Positions 53,988 to 61,945 of a stretch of 64,000 nt of DNA are shown here, piece after piece. A program made the translations under genes and the position numbers. The notes beneath the pieces were generated by a model. That model was given only the letters and a program-made list of their open reading frames with translations, was not told where the DNA came from and did not search any database. The stretch comes from Candidatus Micrarchaeota archaeon (GTDB lineage Archaea > Micrarchaeota > Micrarchaeia > Norongarragalinales > SBBD01). Location: contig JAHJQN010000004.1 of NCBI GenBank assembly GCA_018819225.1, forward strand, positions 66,813 to 130,812. Reading direction: 5' to 3'. Positions within the stretch are counted from its first letter, which is position 1; every line of letters begins with the position of its first letter.

Positions 53988-54800
53988 GTGTGGTTTGATT
54001 ATCCAAACGTTTATAATCGTGGACCGGCAAGAAGAAGATACTTTTTATTTGAGTTTATGGTGAAGGTCGTCCTTTTGACGAATGAGGTTGAACAACGTAT
54101 GCCGGAAGTGGCTATGCCTGGGGATCATCTTGGAATTGAAGAAGAAGTATTGGGGGATCAGCAAACCTATTCCGAGAAAGGAGACGTGTATTCCGCGGTC
54201 ATGGGAGAAAAAAAACTAGATGGAATGGAATTGCATATCCATCCCAAGAAAACGGTGCGCATACTCCAAGTCGGGGATGAAGTCATGGGACGCGTGGAAG
54301 ACGTGTACGATTCCATCGCCTTGATCGTGATCAGCCCGGGGTATACGGAGCCTCGACGAGCCATCGGTTCCTCATACGCCTATTTACGGATTTCCGAAAT
54401 ATCGAAAGGAAGGTATATTGAAAACTTTCGCGAATGCCTGCGCATTGGAGACATTGTAAAGGCGAAGGTGTTGGATATCCAGCCCTTGGGAACGCATTTG
54501 ACCCTTACGGAACCAGGACTCGGCGTCGTCAAAGCATTTTGTTCGCAATGCCGTCAGCCACTTCAAGAAAATGGTAGGATCCTCACGTGCACTTATTGCG
54601 GAAACAAGGAAACGCGTAAACTGGCGAGCGTGGCAGAAGAACCCCCTTCGTTGGAAGAACAACGACGAAGGCCGTCAGCCCGAATGGGAGGACGTGGCCC
54701 TCCCATGCGCGGAAGAGGTCCCAGTTCAGGTAACCGGAGATCCTCATTCCGAGGGTCGCCGCGCGGGGGAAGCCAAAAATTCAGTAGCGAACGTCGATAG
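53988..54800 (+). CDS. csl4: Exosome complex RNA-binding subunit Csl4 (S1 + zinc-ribbon) with Arg/Gly-rich C-terminal tail
   Basis: MPGDHLGIEEEVLGDQQTYSEKGDVYSAVMG...IGDIVKAKVLDI...AFCSQCRQPL...CTYCGNKE fits the Csl4 pattern. The true start is probably the internal MPEVAMPGD. The tail RMGGRGPPMRGRGPSSGNRRSSFRGSPRGGS is RG-rich. Confidence 0.65.
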   Translation: MWFDYPNVYNRGPARRRYFLFEFMVKVVLLTNEVEQRMPEVAMPGDHLGIEEEVLGDQQTYSEKGDVYSAVMGEKKLDGMELHIHPKKTVRILQVGDEVMGRVEDVYDSIALIVISPGYTEPRRAIGSSYAYLRISEISKGRYIENFRECLRIGDIVKAKVLDIQPLGTHLTLTEPGLGVVKAFCSQCRQPLQENGRILTCTYCGNKETRKLASVAEEPPSLEEQRRRPSARMGGRGPPMRGRGPSSGNRRSSFRGSPRGGSQKFSSERR

Positions 54801-55425
54801 CGCCTTTTCGAAGAACACGATACGGCGTTTGCGTTACGTCCAAAACGGTTGAAGGAGCTTGTTTTCGAAGGGTTCCCCCATTAACCAATAAAACCATTTC
54901 ATGAGAAAACGTTTGAAAAATTTCTTTAAATGAATAGATTTCGTTACCTCCGGAAACGTTGGCACTGGTTGCCGTCAAGGGTTTGCCGTATTGTTTAACG
55001 AGCTTTGAAATAAATGGGTGGGAGGAAACGCGAATGGCTACGGAATCCTTAAAATACGCGGGGGAAAGGGCGTGCGAAGTCTTGGGCGTAAGCACTATGG
55101 TTAACGGACCCGGAAGGAATTGTTTCATCAGGTGGCGAACCCTCGAGGAAATGATCGCGTAATGGGTGGCCATGGCATATCCGGATACGAACACGGAAAC
55201 CTTTTTTTCAGAAGAACGGTGCTTGGCACGGAATACCTTTCGAATGGCATCTGTTTGAGTCGCATCCGCCAGAATGCCGTAACAGGTTTCCGAGGGCGCG
55301 ATAACGAGATGACCTCTCGCAAGCCATCGGCACGCCAGACGAATCGCGCTCGAATCATTCGCCCGGATGATAACGGATTTGGTCATGCAACCACTATTAG
55401 AAAAAGTTTTCCATGGACTCTCCAA
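54781..55425 (-). CDS. tsaC: L-threonylcarbamoyladenylate synthase (TsaC/Sua5/YrdC family)
   Basis: YrdC-domain motifs: VIAPSETCYGILADATQTDAIRKVFRAKHRSSEKKVSVFV, ...PGPLTIVL..., ...LTATSANVSGG... The start is likely the internal MTKSVIIRAND. Confidence 0.8.
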   Translation of the reverse strand: MESPWKTFSNSGCMTKSVIIRANDSSAIRLACRWLARGHLVIAPSETCYGILADATQTDAIRKVFRAKHRSSEKKVSVFVSGYAMATHYAIISSRVRHLMKQFLPGPLTIVLTPKTSHALSPAYFKDSVAIRVSSHPFISKLVKQYGKPLTATSANVSGGNEIYSFKEIFQTFSHEMVLLVNGGTLRKQAPSTVLDVTQTPYRVLRKGAIDVRY

Positions 55426-55936
55426 GGCTTTTCTCTACCGAATGTTTTCGCCGTTCCCTGAAGTAAACGTAGTCTTCCGCAAAACGTATCAACAGAATGA
55501 CGATGGTGTAGACGACCAACGCGATTCCCAACGGTGAAATAAAGGGCTTGAATTCAAACGGAATCAAGTGCTGAAGGTCAACGAAAGAAAAGGTCGCATC
55601 GGTTAATGGAAACAAGATGGCTTCGTGATCTAGGAACATGTCCGCCACCAAATGACCGGTCAACATGGCCGCCATGACCAAGAAAAAGAACTCCAGTTCG
55701 CGAGCACTCCAATGCGACCTGAAATGACGCAATATGAAGAATAGGCCTATGGGTAATACGATGGCGATGAATACGTTATGAAACGGGCGAAGCGTGGTGG
55801 ATGTTAAGAAATAGTCGAAATCGAGTAAGACGCCCATTAATGCCGCCAAACCCACGAACCACAACTTGTGCCGTTTGTGCAAATCAAGAGCCAAAGCGGC
55901 GATGAATCCGAACAGGAAATGAAAAAGAGAATCCAT
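55397..55936 (-). CDS. Membrane-bound metal-dependent hydrolase (DUF457/YdjM-like)
   Basis: 179 aa with five TM helices. The MDSLFHFLFG...LDLHKRH N-terminal pattern is typical of DUF457. Confidence 0.5.
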   Translation of the reverse strand: MDSLFHFLFGFIAALALDLHKRHKLWFVGLAALMGVLLDFDYFLTSTTLRPFHNVFIAIVLPIGLFFILRHFRSHWSARELEFFFLVMAAMLTGHLVADMFLDHEAILFPLTDATFSFVDLQHLIPFEFKPFISPLGIALVVYTIVILLIRFAEDYVYFRERRKHSVEKSLGESMENFF

Positions 55937-55952
55937 GGGGAAGTAATTCTGA

Positions 55953-56483
55953 ATGCGTTTAAATCCCTTTGCTCCCCAATGGGCTATTATGGGAACTGGA
56001 TTGATTATCGGGCGCTTTCAACCCGTGCATAACGGTCACATGCAGGCGATCCAGACTATTTTGAAGCATCACGATCGAGTGGTCATCATCGTAGGCTCCG
56101 CTCAGGAAAGCAGGACCTCGTTAAATCCGTTTTCAATAGCGGAACGTCGCGCCATGTTGGATTGCGCCATGGCAGAAATCACCCCTAATAAAATGATTCG
56201 GATCATGGCATTGGAAGATCAAGGGATTCATGCGGAATGGATCGAGAAGGTACGGGAAGGCGTACCGAATGCGGACACGGTTTATTCAAGCAATCCGTTG
56301 GTGGAACGCTTATTGAAACCGTTCATGCACGTCAAAGCGATGACATCGAACGTGGACATCAATGCAACGAAAATACGAGAATGGATGAAGCAAGGGAACG
56401 ACGAATGGCGAGAATATGTTCCAAAAAGCGTTCAATCATATCTCGATGAGCATGAACTCATCGACGTGGTTCGTTCGTTATAA
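55953..56483 (+). CDS. nadM: Nicotinamide-nucleotide adenylyltransferase (archaeal NMNAT)
   Basis: GLIIGRFQPVHNGHMQAI is the (H/T)xGH nucleotidyltransferase motif in the archaeal NadM context. About 170 aa. Confidence 0.85.
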   Translation: MRLNPFAPQWAIMGTGLIIGRFQPVHNGHMQAIQTILKHHDRVVIIVGSAQESRTSLNPFSIAERRAMLDCAMAEITPNKMIRIMALEDQGIHAEWIEKVREGVPNADTVYSSNPLVERLLKPFMHVKAMTSNVDINATKIREWMKQGNDEWREYVPKSVQSYLDEHELIDVVRSL

Positions 56484-57036
56484 ACCAGTTAGCAAACTTT
56501 TCAAGGGCCTTGCGCCGATGAGAAATCTCTGCTTTTTCTTTTGCGGACATTTCCGATAATAATTTTTTCCTTCCGTTTGGAATAAATAGGCGTTCGTACG
56601 GGAATCGCAGACCGCGTACGCCATGAAGACTGGCCGCACGAGATATTCGACCCATGCACGTACCAATAAACGTTTTTTCCCGATAGTCATCCACATAGGC
56701 AACAGCTGTTTTGAATAAAGCCCCTCGCGGTTTTCCGTTCAAGAGTTTAAGTAAGCCTTCTAAACCAAGCGCGTCATACGCGTACGCTGCGTACAATCCC
56801 GGAAACAGCGGATACGCCTTAAAGTAAATACTCGTGTCTTCCGCAATAATAGGTACATGAAGGCGTTGATGCGCATAACGGGCTTTGGCAAGAGCAACGG
56901 CTTCCGGAGACTCCAAGCGCGGTTCATTAAGATGCATGCGTTGAGAACGACAAGGAATGCCCGTATGGGATAAAACGAAACGGACTTCCTTGATCTTTTC
57001 AGGATTCGACGAGACGAACGTCAGTATTTTTTTCAT
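56458..57036 (-). CDS. rdgB: Non-canonical purine NTP pyrophosphatase (ITPase, Ham1/RdgB family)
   Basis: ILTFVSSNPEKIKEV, IIAEDTSI, and FIPNGRKKLLSEMSAKEKAEISHRRKAL match the Ham1 motifs (F-x-T-x-N-x-x-K; DSG/DTS; SHR). It overlaps the ATPase gene by 4 nt. Confidence 0.85.
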   Translation of the reverse strand: MKKILTFVSSNPEKIKEVRFVLSHTGIPCRSQRMHLNEPRLESPEAVALAKARYAHQRLHVPIIAEDTSIYFKAYPLFPGLYAAYAYDALGLEGLLKLLNGKPRGALFKTAVAYVDDYREKTFIGTCMGRISRAASLHGVRGLRFPYERLFIPNGRKKLLSEMSAKEKAEISHRRKALEKFANWFITNEPRR

Positions 57037-59720
57037 ATTTTTCGCACTCGCTTAAGGAATTCAAGGATGACCAAAAGGGATCCGGCCACTAAAAGAATTG
57101 AAATCCATTCGAAAGCGCTAAGTGGCACGGTTTTGAATACGGGTTCTAATACGCGTAATTGGACCGCCGCAAATTGCAATATGGCCCCAACGAAAAATGC
57201 TCCCCATATGAAGCGATTGCTGAAAAGACCTACTTTAAACAACCCCCCTATTTCCGAACGGAAGTGGAAGGACAGGAATAATTGAGAGAAGACCAGGGTC
57301 GTAAACGCCATGGTGCGCGCTTTCTCCAAGGAGGAGCCTTGATGTAATTCATAAATGAACAAGGCCAGCGCAACGATCGCCATGTAGAAACCGATGAGTA
57401 ATAAACCGCCGATGTTATCCCTCGTCAATACATTGTCGGACTTCTTTCGAGGAGGACGTTTCATGACCTGCGGATCCGGCGGGTCATACCCTAACGCTAG
57501 CGCAGGCAAGGCATCCGTTACAAAATTCATCCACAAGATTTGTAGAGCAATCAAGGGCATTTGGATGGACGCGAGCATGGCAATGAAAATCGTCAATATT
57601 TCTCCTATGTTGCATGAAACCAGGTATTTGACGCTTTTCATGATATTGTCAAAAATCGTGCGGCCTTCTTCCGTGGCCGCCACAATGCTGGCAAAATTAT
57701 CGTCGGTTATGACCATATCGGATGCTTCTTTAGCGACTTCGGTTCCCGTAATGCCCATTGCGACGCCAATGTCTGCTTTCTTGATTGCTGGAGCATCGTT
57801 GACGCCATCACCCGTCATCGCGACGACTTCGCCTCGCTTTTGTAGCGCAGTTACAATACGCATTTTGTGTTCGGGAGACACGCGGGCGAAAATGGCGATA
57901 TCCTTGACCTTTTCCGATAACGTTTCATCCGTCATGTCATCCATATCATTTCCCGAAATAACGAGCGAGCGTTTTTGAAGCATGCCCAGTTCTTTCCCTA
58001 TGGCTTTAGCGGTTTCGGGATTGTCCCCCGTGATCATGATCACGCGGATACCGGCGGATCGAGTCAAGGCAATGGCGTCCCGGACTTCCGGCCGCGGAGG
58101 ATCATTCATGGCAGCGAGTCCGAGGAACGTCAGACCATTTTCAACGTCCTTCATGGAATAAGAGGGTTGTTTGGTAACGGATCGGAATGCGAAACCCAGT
58201 ACTCTCAATGCATCGGAAGCAAAGTCTGCGTTCTGTTTTAAGATGCGTTGCTTGTCCGCCAGTTCAATCGGAACTTTTTTTCCGTCGGTGATGACGTGGG
58301 TGCAGATATCGAGAATGGATTCGGGCGCGCCCTTTGCATACGATATGAGGCTGTTGTTTTCAGCGTATATGACGGACATTCGTTTCCTGCGGGAATCAAA
58401 CGGAAACTCGTGCACCAGTTTGCTGGATTTCTGTTCGTGACGGTAATCCATTCCCGCTTTTTGCCCTAATACGAGTAAACAACCTTCCGTAGGATCGCCG
58501 ATGACGTGAACGGATCCATCCCGCTCATCTAATTTCGCATTATTGCATAGGATAGCGGTTCGAATAAGGTGTTTGAATTGATTGCCGGGGTTCGATACCT
58601 TTTCTTTTTTAGCGGATTGGAAGATTCCATTCAACGCATAGCCTTCCCCGGTAACGGAATACGTCTTTCCATCCGTATATAATTGCCGTACCGTCATCTC
58701 ATTTTTTGTGAGTGTACCGGTCTTATCGGAGCAGATGATCGTTGCCGCCCCCAAACCTTCAACAGCAGCCATCTTTCGAACAATGGCATGACGCTTGACC
58801 ATGCGTTGAACGCCGATGGCGAGCGTGATGGTTACAATGGCTGGAAGACCTTCCGGAATGGCTGCGACGGCGAGGCTGACGGAAAATACGAACATTTCCA
58901 GCATATCATTTCCGCGCAGTATCCCAAATACAAAAATAATGGCCACTGCAACTAATGCAATGACGCCCAACTGCTTACCCAGAACGTCTAATTTTCGTTG
59001 AAGAGGCGTCTGGGTTTCCCCTGCTTCCGAAACTAATTGGGCCACGCGACCGATCTGCGTATTCAATCCAATTCCGGTAACGATGGCCTTCGATTTTCCG
59101 TGCGTCACGATGGTGCTCATGAACGCCATATTGAGTTGCTCGCTTATGCCGGCTTTTTCAGGAAGAAGGCCATCGCCTTGCTTTTGAACGGGGACGCTTT
59201 CACCGGTTAAACTGGATTCGTCGATCTGAATTTCTGATACATCAAACAATCGGCAATCCGCCGGAACTCGATCCCCTTCCATTAAAAGAACGACGTCTCC
59301 GGGCACGAGATCTGATTTGTCTATTTGGTGTTCGACCCCGTCGCGTAGAACAATGGCATGCACGGCCACGAGTTTCTTGAGGGATTCAAGGGCTTTCTCC
59401 GCTCGGTACTCCTGAATAAATCCAAAAACGGCTATGAGAATCACGATGACAAAGATGGCTGCTGAATCCAATGTTTCGCCAAGCAATCCGGAAATCGTGG
59501 CCGCGATCAATAAAATGATGATGAGAATGTTGGAAAACTGCGAAATGAATATGGAGAGAGCGGTTTTCCCTTGTTTGACGGGCAAGGCATTGCGTCCGTG
59601 TTGCTTGCGGCGTTCTAAGACATCGGCTGAAGAAAGCCCCTTTTCTTGACTAGCTAATTCCTCAAAAACACGTTTGATGGAAAGTGAGTGAAAAGGCAAT
59701 GAATGCGAGCGAACATCCAT
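57033..59720 (-). CDS. P-type cation-transporting ATPase (type IIA, Ca2+/SERCA-like)
   Basis: 895 aa. ICSDKTGTLT is the phosphorylation site. Also present: TGES, the MTGDGVNDAPAIK hinge, and 10 TM helices with PEGLP in M4. Confidence 0.9.
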   Translation of the reverse strand: MDVRSHSLPFHSLSIKRVFEELASQEKGLSSADVLERRKQHGRNALPVKQGKTALSIFISQFSNILIIILLIAATISGLLGETLDSAAIFVIVILIAVFGFIQEYRAEKALESLKKLVAVHAIVLRDGVEHQIDKSDLVPGDVVLLMEGDRVPADCRLFDVSEIQIDESSLTGESVPVQKQGDGLLPEKAGISEQLNMAFMSTIVTHGKSKAIVTGIGLNTQIGRVAQLVSEAGETQTPLQRKLDVLGKQLGVIALVAVAIIFVFGILRGNDMLEMFVFSVSLAVAAIPEGLPAIVTITLAIGVQRMVKRHAIVRKMAAVEGLGAATIICSDKTGTLTKNEMTVRQLYTDGKTYSVTGEGYALNGIFQSAKKEKVSNPGNQFKHLIRTAILCNNAKLDERDGSVHVIGDPTEGCLLVLGQKAGMDYRHEQKSSKLVHEFPFDSRRKRMSVIYAENNSLISYAKGAPESILDICTHVITDGKKVPIELADKQRILKQNADFASDALRVLGFAFRSVTKQPSYSMKDVENGLTFLGLAAMNDPPRPEVRDAIALTRSAGIRVIMITGDNPETAKAIGKELGMLQKRSLVISGNDMDDMTDETLSEKVKDIAIFARVSPEHKMRIVTALQKRGEVVAMTGDGVNDAPAIKKADIGVAMGITGTEVAKEASDMVITDDNFASIVAATEEGRTIFDNIMKSVKYLVSCNIGEILTIFIAMLASIQMPLIALQILWMNFVTDALPALALGYDPPDPQVMKRPPRKKSDNVLTRDNIGGLLLIGFYMAIVALALFIYELHQGSSLEKARTMAFTTLVFSQLFLSFHFRSEIGGLFKVGLFSNRFIWGAFFVGAILQFAAVQLRVLEPVFKTVPLSAFEWISILLVAGSLLVILEFLKRVRKI

Positions 59721-59785
59721 GAGTAGTATAGGCCGGAACCATTTAAAAATGCGCCCGGATAATTCGCGTAACCACGGGGAAAAAA

Positions 59786-61927
59786 ATGACTGAAACGAAT
59801 GTGGAAAGAGTCACGACGCGCGAACGGTTCAAGGCGTGGGTCCAAAAGCTTAGGCAAACGGTCTCGGATCAAATCGAGCCGTCGGATCCATCCAATTTAT
59901 GGGATCGCAGTCGTTTTATGGAACACGCGCTCCCGAGCCTTGGAATCCTGGCCGTAATAGCCGTTCTATCCTTATCCGCATACATCATGAATTCCGGTTT
60001 ACCGAACGATTTTGATTTGTATGATACGGCGGTTCACGCCTATCGCTTGTGGTACTTTAACGATTTCGTCATGGAATACGGATCCCTTCCGTTATGGACA
60101 TCCGATTGGTATGGCGGAATGCCGTTTTTAGAATTGTATCCTCCCTTAGCCCTGTTTCTTTTCTTTTGGCTCGAAGCCTTGTTTCGGCCGGAAGACGCCA
60201 TTCGAATGGCCCTTTCGTTGACGCATATTTTGGGCGTGTTATTCTTTTTCTTTTTTGCACGTCGCATGTTTCATAAAAACGTGTTGTTGACGCTGGGGGC
60301 ATCCCTCGTTTACGCATTCTTCCCGTATACGTTGTTCGAGGTTTATCCTCGGGGAGCCCTGGCAGAGGCGACTCTTCTCATGTTGGTGCCCCTCATCTTT
60401 CACTTCTATGAAAAAGCGCGCGGCCATCCCACATGGCGAAACCATGCGGCACTGGGATTATCGTTAGGAGCTGCATTACTGGCTCACTTCGTTATGGGAG
60501 CGTTCCTGTTCATTTGCGTATTAGCCGTTGTCGTTTTCGATCACGCACGAAAACAAGGAGATATTTCGAAATCGTTCTGGTTTATTGTTGCCGGAGGGCT
60601 CATGGCCACGTTTTATATTATAACGACGATCGAACTCCTGCCGTCAACTGTTCTTGGAACCGCATCGTTGCCCGATTTTACGCCGTTCGATCCCGCTCTG
60701 CTTCTATACAAAAATACGCATAATTCCCTATTTATTGGAATCGTTGGAATCATTGGAATCCTTGCGAGCTTCTGGTCGGTTCGTAAAGACGAGTTCGGAA
60801 TTCAGAAATACGCGTTATTATCCGGCGCAATCGTGTTGATTGGATGGGTGGCTTCCTGGATCCTGCCCCCGTTCATCCTGACACCCATTCAGTTCGCCTC
60901 TCGATTTTTTGTCGTCCTCTCCGTACTATTCGCATTATTAATTGCGCTGGGATTTCGAGAAATTTCGAATCAATTGGCAGCGTATTTGCAAGAACAGCCA
61001 TTTGCAAGCGAATGGACTCGAAAAACAACGGTACTCGTATTCGCATTACTGATCGTCATCACGATCGTCGATTTTTCCGCGTATTTACCGCCTGGAGAAA
61101 ACCGCGATATCCCCCTAGGAATTCAAACGTTCAATCGTCAAATTGCGGATGAACCCGATTTCTATCGTGTGGATGACATACACTTTTTCCGCTTCGGTTT
61201 CTCTCCGGCATATCACCATCATGGAGCGATGGTAGGCGGTTTCGCTGAAGGCGCCGCGGCCTACTCGTATCTGTTTTATTCAGGCATGTACAACGCGTTA
61301 ACCGATGGCACTCCATCCATGAAGAAATCGGCCGTAAACGCCTTGGGATTCGTATCCCAAAAATACGCCGTCGTCGATACTCCCGTTGATTTTCCAAAAT
61401 TCCGACAAGTGGAATGCACTCTAGACTATTGCATTTACGAAAATGAACAATTTCAACCCCACCTGCGCCTCGTTCAAAAAGTCGCCGGCGCCACCGGAAG
61501 CATTCAAGCCATTTACGAAGGAATCACGAATGACGTTCGAGAAGGCCGTTTAGACTTATTGGATGCTCCCATCGTTCTATCGGATGAAGCATTGGAGGAT
61601 TACAGTGGTCAGGCCATGCTTCAAATGCAAATCATCGAGAAAAGGCCGGGATTCGTGCATGTGCGAATTCAAGGAGCCACGGATCAAAACAAGGGGTATT
61701 TGGTTTTATCCGACGCGTACTATCCGAAATGGAAGGGGTACGTAAATGGAGTGCGAACACCCGTATATCAAGGCATTCCGACCGTGATGGTTTTACCGAT
61801 TGACAATGGAGACGTCATACTCAAATATGAACTGGGACTAATGGGATGGATGGCCGGCATAATGTCCGTGCTCGCCATGATGACGCTCATCGGTCTCCTG
61901 GTTTACGGACACGCATCCAAACAATAA
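59786..61927 (+). CDS. Polytopic membrane protein, YfhO/GT-C-like glycosyltransferase family with C-terminal beta domain
   Basis: 713 aa. More than 12 TM helices are followed by a soluble domain and a final TM helix. The C-terminal motif LSDAYYPKWKGYVNGVRTPVYQG resembles the YfhO family's YYPGWKAYVDG. That recollection is from memory. Confidence 0.45.
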   Translation: MTETNVERVTTRERFKAWVQKLRQTVSDQIEPSDPSNLWDRSRFMEHALPSLGILAVIAVLSLSAYIMNSGLPNDFDLYDTAVHAYRLWYFNDFVMEYGSLPLWTSDWYGGMPFLELYPPLALFLFFWLEALFRPEDAIRMALSLTHILGVLFFFFFARRMFHKNVLLTLGASLVYAFFPYTLFEVYPRGALAEATLLMLVPLIFHFYEKARGHPTWRNHAALGLSLGAALLAHFVMGAFLFICVLAVVVFDHARKQGDISKSFWFIVAGGLMATFYIITTIELLPSTVLGTASLPDFTPFDPALLLYKNTHNSLFIGIVGIIGILASFWSVRKDEFGIQKYALLSGAIVLIGWVASWILPPFILTPIQFASRFFVVLSVLFALLIALGFREISNQLAAYLQEQPFASEWTRKTTVLVFALLIVITIVDFSAYLPPGENRDIPLGIQTFNRQIADEPDFYRVDDIHFFRFGFSPAYHHHGAMVGGFAEGAAAYSYLFYSGMYNALTDGTPSMKKSAVNALGFVSQKYAVVDTPVDFPKFRQVECTLDYCIYENEQFQPHLRLVQKVAGATGSIQAIYEGITNDVREGRLDLLDAPIVLSDEALEDYSGQAMLQMQIIEKRPGFVHVRIQGATDQNKGYLVLSDAYYPKWKGYVNGVRTPVYQGIPTVMVLPIDNGDVILKYELGLMGWMAGIMSVLAMMTLIGLLVYGHASKQ

Positions 61928-61945
61928 ACCAAGGACGTTACGCGC

